Below are positions 1 through 13,240 of a DNA stretch of 64,000 nucleotides, piece after piece. The notes below the pieces were generated by a model, which ran no database searches, had not been told where the DNA came from, and worked only from the letters and a program-made list of their open reading frames with translations. Numbering within the stretch: position 1 is the stretch's first letter; every line of letters begins with the position of its first letter. Origin of the DNA: Camelus ferus (taxonomy: Eukaryota); the NCBI RefSeq assembly GCF_009834535.1, contig NC_045696.1, forward strand, positions 45,510,001 to 45,574,000, read 5' to 3'. A program made the translations under genes and the position numbers.

Positions 1-1936
1 CTAGTCCAAAAGGAGGGCTGGGATTTAATGAAGAAATTGTCTTCAGTGGTTAGAAGCAATATGAGTTGATGGGTTTATTGGTAATTATACTCTTCATCTT
101 GTGGCATGAGAGAAATCTCTGGCTTGAGAATGTGACTAAGAAATTGCCAAACAGCAAATTGGAGTGAAAAACTTGCTACCTCCTTAACAACTTTGTGGCT
201 GCCAAATATGTCTAGATATGCCAAAAGTGGGAACTGATACTACCTAATAGCTTTGACTTCTAAAATATGCTCCATCACCACAATCTTGACTATAATATTT
301 CATATCTTCAGTTTAGAAGATTCTTCTGGATTGTTTTTTTCTGTGATGCCCCATATCCAATGAGTATAAGCTTTGAAAGAAAATTTGGAAAGGGGGACTC
401 TTGTTTTTTCCTGCACTGGAAACTGGAAACTTAACTATAATGGTTGCATTGGTTTTACTAAATGAGGTATGTCCAGTAACAGAAAGAAGAGGTTATTTAA
501 ATCAAGACCTCATGGAGACAACAACATTTTGTTGAGGGAGATTAAGGAATATTCATATTGAATGAAGTAAAAAGTCTGTACACAGGAGCTGGATTTCAGT
601 CTTGAGTTTTCTGTTCTAAACAACTGACAATAACCCTTAACCATGGTTAATGAAATAGTTCTTGTCAGAACAGTGCCTTGTTCCACATCATTTATGTTGG
701 GATGGCAGTTTCTTATATTTTGAGATCTTTGTTATTAACGTTTTTCTATGACTGTAGTTTATCAAACCATTGGTTATGTGACCCCCGGGTACACTTTGCA
801 AAATGTTGGCCCTGGGTCTGAGGTTTGCAGCACTGTATTAACCTGTGTGCGCCACCCACGTCTGCTGGTGGCTTTGTTCTCTTTGTGGTATCAACATCAT
901 CATCCTTATTATTATTATTAAATTTTGGTGGAACAACAGAGGAAGAGATGTTTGTAAAGTCTCTATCTGCTTAAAGAATAAGAAGGAAAGACGCACAATT
1001 ACCAGAAGACATAGCAATGAAGGTTTCTATGTAACACTGCTAAATATATTAACCTTGCCCTCCTTCCCCACAAGCAAAAATAGGATTGGCACTATTGCAG
1101 TTAATTTTTAAATTCCATACACTGTCTTCAAGAAAAGCCCATGCTTGAAATAACATGGTCTGCTGATATACAACTGCCTCTCTAAAACAATTCCCTTATT
1201 CATTTGCAAGTCAACTAATCCTTTGTCTCCATGTTGCTTCTATTTTGAGGCCACAGTGTGTGTCTGGAAGTTTTTGAATACGAAGATGATGATAATCATA
1301 ACATGCTTTTGTGAAGTTCAAATTCTACAAATTCTTTCATTAATGTCACAGAATTCATCTCTTATAATAGCTAAAGGGAGGGAGAGAGTTTGAAATCTAC
1401 AAATACAGAGAAGATGTAAGTTGCAGAAAATAAGCGAGAATTTAGAAAGAAAACACATAGTTCTGAGTTTAAGTATCCTGATTAATCTACATATCTACAT
1501 TAAGTTCTTTCAAACCTGAATTTAAGCCTCTTGACCTCTAAATAAGTATTTTATTACATGGCTTCCCTAAATTCTCCCTAATGTTAATGAAATCTTTGAA
1601 TCTTGAAATCTGTGAAGTTCGAATGCAGTGTTCACGTTGCCATTTCAGTTTTTCTCTTCACTTTTTTCTGGTAGTGTTGAAGGTTTGGCATCTCTTCTGG
1701 GCAAGTGTCTAATTACTACTTTCCCTTGGCATTTAGCCCAGTTAATCTCATTTTATTTCCTTCTGCAGAGCATCCCAGAAAGAGTAGGGTTATTTTGAGA
1801 TCTTTACAATGAATAAATGAATTTTTTTTTAGGTGACTGCTATCATTTCTAAATCAACGACTTCTTTTTATAAGTCACTGATAAAAGAAACACATTGGGC
1901 CAATTTGAAAGAGGAAAAGCAATGTCAACTTAGCAA

Positions 1937-1954
1937 GTGTGTGTGTGTGTGTGT
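1937..1954. repeat. (GT)9 microsatellite
   Basis: Perfect dinucleotide run read directly. Confidence 0.95.
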
Positions 1955-4699
1955 AATGGGGCAGATAAAATAAAGGGAAGATAATCTGTAAGTGGGAGAT
2001 TCCTGAAGTCAAAATACTTTATTTTTCTTTATTATAGTGGTTTCCATAAGCATTAATAGTGCGCTCTCCTTCCTGATGTACTTCAGGAGTTCATATGAAA
2101 GACAAAACCAAAGCAAAACCTATATATTTCAAACTACCCCCAAGAAAACCCACTGTATGACTTTTTGTTAATCTCCCTGAGTTTTATTATATGCCACCAT
2201 GATACCCACATAAAAATCTTTAGAGTTGGAGACTTGAAGTACAGAAATAGAATGTGAAAATGGACATAAAATCACCAACTTCATAGCCCACTATCTGCTC
2301 AGTATCTGGCATTAAACACATACACATGCCCACAAAGACACACACTGAAACTTGTCCTTCCTAGTTTCTCAAACTTTCCCCTTGTACCAAAATTATTAAT
2401 TTTGATAAGTGCCCAAATGTTTGTATGAGTTATGAGTGAATATGTGGGGACAGGCCATGTTTGAAAATATGGAAAATGTCTATGTTTGGCCACCACTGAC
2501 CTTTCCTAACAGAATGTATTTACTCTTTCCCTGACCTTTCATGAAGAAGCAAAACTCAGTGAACACAGGGGAACGTGTGGATTTGTTATATAACTTTGGC
2601 ATCATAGAAAATAGTTTCCCCCGTTTTTTTTTTCTCTGAAATGCTTAGCTCAGAGACATGCTGATTAACAAAAACAGTCTAAATTTAAGACATGTAGGTA
2701 TTTTCTGGTAACTTGTTAATTCTGAGTAAAAGTCAGCAATGAGTTAAATAGTTAAACACTCATATGCACACACGTGCAGAATTTCAATATACTATTTCTT
2801 TGCTGATTAACTTCTGGGGCAAGTGATTTCAAAAGGTTTTTAGGTCTTCATATTCTAGGCATCTAAGGTTAATTATTTTGCAATTGGAGCTATTACATGG
2901 TTGTGAAATTTCACAAACTATCATAGTAAAATATATATATATATGGGGCATGTCATACAATCCTTAGTTTTTCAATATAGAAAATAAAGGGAATTTTAAT
3001 CCTGTGACATATTTTTGCTAGTGTGAACTAGTACAAATAGGAGGTGCAGCAGTAAGTACGGCTAAAACAGTAAGTAATGCTAAGAGATTGATAAAATCTG
3101 AAATGATATGTAAAATGAGGCAAAATTCACATCTAGACTATTTCAGCAATTTTTTCCTAAAAAATATCTTCGTTATTTCTGTAGGGAGGAAAGATATGCT
3201 ATTTTAGAGGCTTCCCCTTCTTTCAGTTTAATCTCTTCTAGGTGCAGACTCTGCTCCTCTGACAGCACCACAGCGCTCATTATGTACTGCAAGTCATCAG
3301 GCGGAGGTTGGGAGAGAGGAAGCCTGTTCCCCGAAGCAATTTGTTTCAGCGGTGCTGCCAGAGCATAGTTCAGAATTATCTTTAATATGAATGAGAAGCT
3401 GGAGCCACTTGAATAGGCAGATGGAGTTTCGTTTTCCCCCCCCAGACCATGGACTTGTCTGCTTCTTTTTTTAAAGTACATTCATCATCTTGGTTGCTAT
3501 TTTGTCCAACCTTGTTCTGCCATTCTTTCCAATTACTCAGTTTAGTTTATCCATTCCAGGTTAGCTAATTGGCTTTGCTTCGCCTTCCTTTTCACACATT
3601 TCCATCCCATTCCACATGTAATTCAAGTCCCATTAGCTCCCACTTCATTTAAACCAACATAGGGCTCCTGGGAGTAGTAGGGCTGTTGGAAACAGGTGCA
3701 ATTGGCCAGATGGCTGCCTCGCCAAGAGGGCGGAGCAGACTGAGCAGCTCCCTTGCCAAATTCAGACTGTCAGGCTGAGACAGCTAAAAGGGTTAGCAGA
3801 GGGCTGAACCTGGATTTAATTGCTATACTTTTGCTATTGGTTTCCTCTTAGACTCCAAATGCATATTGTTTTCAGGCTCAAAGCCAACTTTAAGAAACAA
3901 TCAAGTTGTCTATATAAAATATCAGGCATCCACCACTGTAATGTATGCTGCCAGGATATTGCTTGGTTCTATTTTGAAAGAAGTTAAGACTAGTTCTAAA
4001 GATTATTTGGGTGCTAACTTGCCTCTGTGAACATCTATTTTCATGCCATATTTGCTACTCCCTACGACTGTCTCATGATTTTTAACTCAGAGAGCACCCA
4101 TTCTGAACCTCGGATTAACTCCTAGTCTACCTTCTCCTTATTGGCCAGGGCTGCAAAACAAAATCACATGGCCTTTGCCCACTACAAATTCATGGTATCT
4201 AGTATCAAATAAGCTTTGGCCTAGTGTTTTTCTTTCATTTTTTCCCCAGAATATTCCCAAAAAAACTTTCAAATGCTACCATTAAATCCAGATTTTGCCT
4301 GCTTCACTTTTGCAAAGATGACTGACCGTCTATTTCTTATCATCTGCTGGCCATATATTCCTCCATATCTGACTTTGTTCCACATGACTCTAATGATACT
4401 GTGTATTTAAGGAAGCATCGTTAGCCTTGTAATTTCCAGTCCCAGTTATTTTTGTCCCTTCAATTCCCACTTTCCTGAACTTCAAACAATGAACTCTAAG
4501 TCCATGTAAATCACCACGAAGATTTTATTTTTTCACTTGGGCTTTGAAATAGACTATTTTTGGTTTCCATTTAATCCTCTGGTCCTATCTTCTCTTTCTC
4601 TTTTTTCTTAATGCATTATGTATGTTTGGGTGTTATTCAAGGCTATCTTGCACCCTATTGTTTCTATTTCATTTCCCACAACAAACTGACTATGCTGCA

Positions 4700-5248
4700 T
4701 TTTTTAAGTGGTGGCAGTATGGTTTATTAAGCTGTGCCTTAGCACAGGCACTGGGGCTTGCCCATGATGCTCTTACTGTACAAAGCCCGGACGTTCCGCC
4801 AAGTTTTCTTGAGCAATGACGCCAGAAAGTTGCCAGCTAAGTGGATGCTGTACACAGGTTCATCATCTGTCATCTTTACGTGACCAACAGCCACTGCCAG
4901 ACGCAGCACCTTCTTCATTAGGAACTTGATCGTGGACTTCACTTCATCAGCTTTGGCCACTATGTTCTCACTGTGGATCAGCAAAGAAAGGAACTCACCA
5001 GCCTTATTCAGACCTGGGCCAGGATTCTTGGGATCTGCTTGATCAGAGACTCTTAGCCAACTTCTTGACCAGTTTCCTATTCTTGTTGAGTTTCTTCAGA
5101 ACCTTGATGTCCATGTTGGGGGATATCCATAGCCTTGGCCTCATCACAATGCTGCTGGTCCCCCAGAACACATGCAGAGAACTTGGGGCAGGGAGTGGAC
5201 TTAAGCCTGATGGTGCCTGAGAAGCATTCGTCCTTCTGAGGATCACAG
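4700..5248 (-). pseudogene. RPL10A: Processed, 5'-truncated pseudogene of 60S ribosomal protein L10a (uL1)
   Basis: The minus strand translates, across frameshifts, to [42 protein letters not shown] / [20 protein letters not shown] / [11 protein letters not shown] / [92 protein letters not shown]. This matches RPL10A from about residue 42 to the C-terminus. It is intronless, with stop codon at 4739-4741, AATAAA at 4723-4728 (minus) and a short A-tail remnant at 4700-4705. Confidence 0.97.
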
Positions 5249-5599
5249 ATAAAACAGTAACTTTTTGGTGATGACTTCCTATCAATTTCTAAGAACTTAT
5301 CCCAATCACAAGTTTTTATTTTAGCTGATTTTAGGACTGGCAGGTTTTTTAGGACTGGCCCATAGGTTTTATTTTTGTTTTTTCAGTTCTATGAATTCAA
5401 GGGCTATTATTCTTTTTTATTTGTCCCATATTATCTTGTTAACTGCCCCTCCTTTTGTTACCACAATACTCTAATTTTTTCTCAACTTTTTCAGCTCTAC
5501 TGTTACACATTCTAGTCTGAATTATTGTTAACATTTCCTTAAACAATTGCAATGGATTTTACCTAAAAATAATTGATACTAAAGACAACAGAAGCTAAA

Positions 5600-5800
5600 T
5601 ATCATGTAATATTTACTATGTGGTAGGTATCTTCTAGTTGATTCAATGCAGTTTGTCATTCACCCTCCACAATATCCCTATGAAGTATTATTATCTCTAT
5701 GTTAAAGATGGTAACATTGAAGAACAAAGAAATTATGAAGCTTGCCCACTATTATAGAACTACTGCAAGATAGGACTCGAACCCAGGATTTCTGAGAAGG
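5600..5800 (-). mobile_element. MIR SINE
   Basis: ATTTACTATGTG...CTCCACAATATCCCTATGAAGTATTATTATC...CTTGCCCA...GGACTCGAACCCAGG. Confidence 0.7.
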
Positions 5801-6249
5801 AACAACTATGCTATAACATGTCTATTTTCCCTTCTTTGTCTTCTCTCATCTAAATAACATGTGTTTAGAACAATAGCAGACATTCCTGGTCTACAAGCCT
5901 CCAAAAAGAGAAAAACAAAATCCCAACTTAAAATACTGTCCTCACAAATTCATATGCACCTACCTTACCAGACTCTTGGTTTTCTTCACAGCCTTCTCAG
6001 TCCTTCCTTAGAATTTTGATATCAGTTATATCTTTGGCACTCTGCATTTACCCTTAGGAACAATTGGTCATAAAGGAGAAAAAAGATCTTTAGAGGGAAC
6101 ATATTGAAATTCTCCTGAAATAAAGGAACCTTGTGTTAAAGGATATGGCTAAAACTGTATTTTTTATCTTGAATTCACAAGTTACTTTATTACCTTGCCC
6201 CAGCACCACAATTTCATTTTTTTTTTTAGTCTATTAGTCTTCTTACATC

Positions 6250-6770
6250 ACCAATTTTATTATGTATTTCCGTTTTAAGAAATGTCACCTCCCTCCCTGC
6301 TTCTTGAAGCATAAAATTCAATGCTGGCCTGTCATTCAAAATCTTGCAAACTATATATAACTCTTCCTCTGTTATTCCCCTAATATACACACACCACTTT
6401 AAACACAGTATTCTTGTAATTTTCCTATCAACATGCCTTTTTTCACTCTGGTTCAAAAACCTGGTGTTACGCCAATTCTGTATGTTGAAATCCTACTCTG
6501 CAAGAGTCAGATCATGGTTTTATGCTCCTCATCCCATAGCCAGAAATAAGCTCCTTCATTTCTCAATTCTCAATGTACTTTGTACTTCTCTTATTGCATT
6601 ATCATATGGTGGTTTGAAGTTTTGTTCTCTCTTTATGTACGTTTCTTATGTTTCCTGGTGGATTGTAAAATATTGGTAAAAAGGGTCAGCATCATATGTT
6701 TCTTTGTATTTTCCCAAAGCTAGCAGTGGACTGCTTATAACAGATGCTCAGTAAATGTTTACTATTGACA
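6250..6770 (+). mobile_element. L2 3' fragment
   Basis: GATTGTAAAAT...TTCTTTGTATTTTCCCA..CTAGCAGTGGACTGCTTATAACAGATGCTCAGTAAATGTTT. Confidence 0.65.
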
Positions 6771-6889
6771 TTGTAAAAAATAAATGGTATCATTAGTATT
6801 TCAGTTTATAATATGCTTTGATGAAAATTCTAAACCTGCCATCAGCATGATGGGAATAGACAGCAATGAAGGAATGCGAGGGACAGCAC

Positions 6890-7070
6890 TGGTACATTGT
6901 ATGGTATCTAATTTCATCCTTTAAACAACTGACATGGTAGGTATCCTGACTCTTATTTTATAGGTGAGGGAATTAAGTTTCAAGAAGATTAAGCAAATGC
7001 TCAAGATCCAGATAGAAAGTGTCAGAATTGGCTGTAAAATTCAGGCATTCCTGACTCCAAAGCCATAATC
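6890..7070 (-). mobile_element. MIR SINE
   Basis: TTTCATCCTTTAAACAAC...GGTAGGTATC...ATTTTATAGGTGAGGGAAT...CTGACTCCAAAGCC. Confidence 0.7.
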
Positions 7071-10000
7071 TGCCCATCTTCTTTTTTATATCCATAACTA
7101 GTTTTCAGTAAGACTTACTGAAATGCCTCCTAGGCTAATTCTTTCTTCCGTGTTTCTTCCTTCATGTTCTAATTCTAATCTCTCATCAATCCGTATGTTG
7201 ATTTCTAGAATATGGTCTTAACTGATTTGCTTCCCTACAAAATTTCCAGCCCTATATACTGTTTCCCATATACAGCAGCCTGACCCATTTTCCTTAAAAT
7301 TTTTTCCTTTCATCGTATTTTTGCCTAGTCAACTAGCTACAAAATAAGCTTGAATAATTTTTTTCAATGATCAATTTTGCCACATCTGAAATAGGAATAA
7401 TAATATAATCTATCTCATAAAGTTGCAAGTATGAAATGGATGCTAAAAGCATGGCTTTGCTCACAAAGTAAGCATTTACTATATTTTAGTTTTTACTATG
7501 TACAACATATTTTAAAACTGCTATGTCTAACATCGTTTTACACAGAAAATGAGATGCAGACAAGAATTTTGCTTACAGTCAATCAGAGAGCTGGGATCAG
7601 GTCTAAGAGTAAAATCCCGACTTACTAAACTCAACACTAATACTTTTTTTTTTTTACTATACAAAACTTGTGTGACTCACCTTACCTACCTTCCTTCCCA
7701 CTGTCTGCATGTATCTCTTGCTTCGTGTCACAATACGCTCATCTGTATAACTTAATTTTGTTGTCCCTGCTTTGAAAGCCTTCTAAAGCCACTTTGGTTA
7801 TCTGTTCTCTAACTCTCAGGTCCTGTTCAAATAACACTTGCTTTAAGATATTTTCCACAAAAATTGCAGGTCATTACCTACTCTTCTATGCCTGACTTTT
7901 CTCTCAGGTTTACTTTCTACATTATGCATTTATCATATAATTATATTGTACATTGCTTGTCCTATAAATACTTCATAGTAGGTGACACTAATTTTAATTT
8001 TACATAAGGAACTGCTAACACACAAAACTGGTTGAAGCTAAAAGAATTATTACCATCCTGCCTTGCCAAGACCTTCTCACCAACATCATGGCAAGACTTG
8101 GTTTCCTATTCCACATGTCACTCTAGATTGTTTTGAAGTGGGCATATTTGAGTTTCTGGGCTTTTATATGAGTATGTGAAAGATAGTTTTTCAATATTGC
8201 TTTTTGCAAGTGTTCAAAAGTCAGACTTTGAGTTCAGAGTTGTCATCAACTCTATTGCTAAAGCTCAATTTACTGCCTTCCCTAATTTGCTGCTTCTCTA
8301 GAGATTTGTGTAATGCTGAAACATGAAAATGTTTGTCCTCCAACATATATTTTCCAATGTGCCCAAGATAGCTGCCAGATTTCCCAGGATTTTTTCTTTC
8401 CTGTCTCATTGCACTGCACTCATATTTCCTCTCTTCATTTTATCTTTGCTTCCTTCAGTGGAAGAGTTATAAAAACTGCTATGGAGTCTGGGGCAATTTC
8501 CAGCTCCAGTTATAAAAAGAATCCTCCTGTTTCTGTGAACAATTCATCTCTCTGATACCTTCAATAAAATCTCTTTCACCATATTTCTCAGAGCTTTGTT
8601 GATTAACCACTTTATGCTGACCATGGGTCAGCCCAGGACTATATTGTCAATAGAAGCTAAAGAAACGTGTAACAGGAAGTCATAGTAGTTATTACTTATG
8701 GTAAAACATATTCCATTTTCCACTTGTAGATCTGTTTCTTTCATTTGTAAACCACTGTAAGGACTTGTAAAATTTATTTTCATTTTCTGCCTACATTAGC
8801 TCTTAGAATAAGTAATTCAAGTTTTGAATAAGAGCATGGAATATTACTAGCATTATCTTTTGGTAGTGGAATTACAGGCAATTTTATAATGCATTGTACA
8901 ATATTTTAAAAATAATTACTAAGTTATTTTATAATTAAAATGAAGCAATTTTAATTTTGATAAAAACAAGACTTTTCAATGTTATTATCTAGTTGAAGTA
9001 ATATACCATGTTATTTCCATAGAGATACCATGGTTTTTTCCTGTTACAATATTTTTAAAGATATCTACTTTATTTAATATATTACCACTTGTTAAAATTG
9101 CTCATTTTCATCAGTTTTAGTTATAGTAGAATGAGGACTGGAAATTTTAAAGAGACATTTTTATGGTCAAACTGTTTTATGGTTTCAAGACACCCTACTA
9201 ATTGCTCCCATGTCATTCATTGCCTAGTAGGAAAAGTATTTCGTGTCCAGGAAAAAAATCCATTGAATTGCCTCACAATATTTTTTAATTCATGGTAGAG
9301 AAACATATCTTGAAATCAGGACTTTCAATTGCAAAAGAAAATAGTCCACAGAAAAATTGCTTTTTAATTTTCCTAAATCTTAACTATTAGACATAGACAG
9401 AATTGGAAAGAATGTAGAATGCTTCCTAAGACTTAAATCTGTCCTAGAAGGAGATAAAAATTTGACTCTCCTATGAAACAAGGTTGATCTGAATGGTAAA
9501 ACTAAGCTGAGATGAGGACCCAGTGCCCAAACTTCCAGGCCAAGACTTAGAGGAACAAAGGCATTAGAAATTCTAGTATGTTAAGGGGGATCCAAGAGTA
9601 AAGAAAACAACTCAGAGCAAAGACCAGGAAGACTACAAGCTTCTTAGACATATTCTTCTTCAATTGAGGTAACAAAGTAGTGGAATTGCAAGTGCTGAGA
9701 GATGGGGATGGTGGGTGAGCTCCCAGTCAGCATGTTATTGTCAGCACCACCCATTGTGGTGAACGGAAACACCTGAATTGTTTCTATTACATTTGAGAGA
9801 ACCTTGAAAATGACTAAAAGTGAGCCACCAGGTTGAGAGCCGGTTCAGTTGGGTGAATATAGTGTAAACTTGGACACCACATATAGCAACAATTGGTGCA
9901 AACATATGACGGTGGGAACCAAGTGAGATTTACCCTCAGTGGAGGCTTGTGTAGATAGAGGACAATTCTGGATCCATATTCCTCTAATGCACGAGTCATA

Positions 10001-10839
10001 TATAATCACTTCCAGAGAACTCCACCCAGGAAAACGCTAAGTTAACTAAGTGTTAAACTCGATATCAACTGAGTTTACCTTGGATAGGTAAGAGTAATGC
10101 TGTCTCTCTGGAAATGTCAGCGCCAGAGAAATAAAACAGCTGTGTTCAATTCATTTGTGACCACAGAAATGGATTTATGGTAAATCTAATGTAGCTGAAC
10201 CCCAGAGCCTTTGACTTGCTCAAGCTTCTTCCAAAGCTCCAAAAAGTGTTCTAGTAATGCTTTTGTAAGATTTGCAAAAGTAGATTTTAGCCACAGTTGC
10301 ATAAGTCAGTTGCCTCTTTCCACTCTGACTTTCCTTCAGTAGACTTCCCCTTGAGTCCTAGCATTCAATTAAGGGTGAATCCAGCTAAGTGGAAATTGCA
10401 TTGAAGATATATTTAGTTTGGGCTTAATGAGATTTATGTATGTGGTCACATCTCCTTCCATGAAGAGTTAGGTCAGTGCTGGCCTCCTGTGGTGCCAAGG
10501 CACACAATCCATGGTATGTGCATGGTAAGCAGTCACACTGTGAGATGAATGAGTCCTACGGTACTCAGCACTAGCAATCTGTGGGCCGTGGAGGGGAAAC
10601 AGGCTTGGAATGTGGTATGTGGGAACCTCTCCCAATCATCAGACACGTAAACATTTAAGCAGAAGACTCAGTTCTGCTTGATGCTTATTCAGTGAAAATA
10701 TGCTCTTTTTATTATTACATATATACCCAATAATACAGTATCTATTACTGTCAATGCACAATAAATAGCTTTTTTATTTCCATGAAATGTTAACAATTAG
10801 AATTCTTGAATTTTTAGAGAACGAACCTGTAGGTATCCA

Positions 10840-11320
10840 TGGAGGATGTCAGTGTGCTAACCATGTATTTTTCATTGCTTTATAATAAAGTGCAACTTAG
10901 CATTATATTTCTCATTGAGTTGTGAAACTGAAACTTTTCTAAACTATCAATAATAAAACAAACTTATTTCAATCATTCTAGACAAAATGCCTGAATTTTT
11001 TTCTATACTCTCTACAGAAAATGGTATAAAATCATTAATGTGTAAAGAGGCTATAAAAATTGTACAGCCAAAATTTTAGGGAACAAAGTATTATAGAAGC
11101 ATGTCAGATAGTTTATTGATATAAGTATTATGCTATTTTCCTGAATTTTATAATGCCTGTGGCATGTATCAGCTTTAATTTTTTTTAATTTTATGAAATG
11201 CTTTTAGTTTTAAATAAATATTTAGTTATATATCCAATTTTGTATTTCTAATTTTGAATTCTTTTCTTCTGAAATACCCTGTGCCAATTATCTACACTCC
11301 AAGCCTTCTAAACCTGTGAC
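10840..11320 (+). mobile_element. hAT DNA transposon 3' remnant (Zaphod/Tip100-like)
   Basis: Broken translation of 10918-11025 gives SCETE..NFSKLSIIK...LNFFSILSTEN, resembling the hAT C-terminal dimerisation motif. Confidence 0.7.
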
Positions 11321-11344
11321 CAGAAATATCATTGTACTTTTTAC

Positions 11345-11465
11345 TGATGCTTGAATGCAAGCTTCATGAGAGCAGGAATTGTTTTTCTTTTGTTCACTGC
11401 TATATAGCAAAACTTATACAGGATCTGACATATAAAAGGTACTGAATCAACATTTATGAAACAAA
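11345..11465 (+). mobile_element. L2 3' terminal fragment
   Basis: GAATGCAAGCTTCATGAGAGCAGGAATTG...TTTGTTCACTGCTATAT...CTGACATATAAAAGGTACTGAAT. Confidence 0.7.
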
Positions 11466-13014
11466 TACAGGTCACTTTTAAACTTTATGTTTCCAAGCTG
11501 AAGAAGTCTAATGTTTTATTTGTTCTTATTCAGTAGATATGTTCCACCCAGCTTCCTGTATTAAATTTTTCCCAAAAATATTATGGTATTTACAAGGAAA
11601 AATTGCAATTTTTTTTTTTGCAAAACTCTAGTATTTTGAAAAGGATTTACTTTTTTGCAGTAGTGAAATTCAGTTTGGAAAATATGCAAACACAAGCATT
11701 CAGGAAAGTGCAAGGTGAGGGAAAAGGAAAAAATCTAAAGACAAAATAGGACAGATTATTACAGGAGGATGAGAAAGGCAAGAAAGAACAAAAATTGAAT
11801 GTGAAAAAATGGCTGAACTCAATTTTCCCTTTCACCTTAAGAGAAACTCAAAGAGACTATATTAAAAAAAATCAGATTTCACATTTATCCAAATGGCCAA
11901 CGTACACTATACTCTACAGATAGATGTTTGAAAACTATCATCTTCATCTTTAAATAATATTTACTGACTGACAGAAGCACCCTGAGGGATAAACAGTTAA
12001 AATAACAGGGTAGCTCATATTATGCAGAGGTGAAAAGAAGTGTGAACCACATGTTGCAAAACTGAAATGCTAAATGAAGCTATGATGTGTGGGAACAGGG
12101 CCACAGATGTTCAGATGTCACTTGTTGAGACTGAGCTCAATAGACCAGACTCAACAAACCACAGAAATTTAAAACTGGGGGGCTCTGATATTATTAAAAT
12201 GCTATGACTTAAGAAAGCTTTAAGCTTTAAAATAGTAGCTCCCATTTGTCCAACTCAAACTTGAGATTATGCGCTTTAATTTTATTTTCATTTATTCAAT
12301 AGTGAGCTCATACCAATAACAAAACTGATTGTTTAAAATCATAAAAAAAAAAAACCAAAACTTTAAATTGCTAGAGTAAGTTGTTTCATTTCCTTCTCCC
12401 ACTACAGACTTCTTGAATTTACTTTGCACTTTAGTGTATCACTTTCTTAGTGCTGAAAAAAGTATCTATATTGCTTAAGTAAGTTATTGTTTCCCTCTGT
12501 GCTTGCAGGACCCCACACAGAAAGAGAACTCTCTCTCCTCTCTCTCCCCATCTCCTTCTCTCTCAGATCCCATATTGATGTGCATAAACATTCGTGTCTG
12601 TTTTTATGTATCTGTTCAGTAGCATCTATGAAGTTCAAGTTTTGTTTAATTTTATAATTTTCAAAATTAAGTATTTCTAGTGATTTAATTACCTTGTATT
12701 GTTTATTTAACCCATTTATTAACAACAATTCCTTAAATCTTTCGTTATACAATGACTCAAGTCAACCTTGATTACACGAAAAACTAAACAGGAAAGCATT
12801 ATAATCATGAACTATTGGGAATCCATAGGCTAGTTCATTTCTGTTTCAGTAAAATGTGGCTTCATAAAGCAGAGATAACACTAACTGCCGCTTCAAGGCC
12901 TCAAGTGTAAATCAGGCAATGTCAAAGAAAGTGATGTATTTGGAGTTCTTTGAGAATAACTGTTTGAGTGTAACATTTGAGACGACATTATTGATGATTA
13001 AGTTTTAAATAAGC

Positions 13015-13240
13015 ATTAAACTTTACTGAGTATCTGCTATATTCTCAAGGCATGCAGTGTGCTAAGTTCTTTACAGTCTTCCTTATATTTTATCCTCAGA
13101 ACTCTAAAGTGTACGCATTATTATTGGCCCCGTTTTACTGATAAACAGCTTGAAGCTCAGATCATTTAAATAAATTGTCTGAAGATATAGTAAGTAAATT
13201 TTAGACACTAATTAAACCTTGGTCAACCTAATTTCAGAGA
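13015..13240 (-). mobile_element. MIR SINE
   Basis: TTTACTGAGTATCTGCTAT...GTGCTAAG...ATTATTATTGGCCCCGTTTTAC...TGAAGCTCAGA. Confidence 0.65.

Noticed and set aside
845..1111. ORF with a hydrophobic IIILIIII stretch (possible membrane or env-like peptide)
   Set aside because: The hydrophobic run comes from a (CAT)/(TAT) simple repeat, the start is non-ATG and I recognise no homology.
3258..3280. REST/RE1-like GACAGCACCACAGCGCT
   Set aside because: The half-sites are degenerate and the spacing is wrong relative to TTCAGCACCnnGGACAGCGCC.
3710..3726. NFI palindrome TGGC...GCCAA
   Set aside because: The spacer is 6 nt rather than the required 5.
4739..4984. 81-aa ORF as functional RPL10A
   Set aside because: Upstream frameshifts, an internal deletion, a missing N-terminus and no introns mark it as a processed pseudogene.
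10657..10679. 8-bp hairpin AAGCAGAA...TTCTGCTT
   Set aside because: Too short for a pre-miRNA, and an occasional stem of this size is expected by chance.
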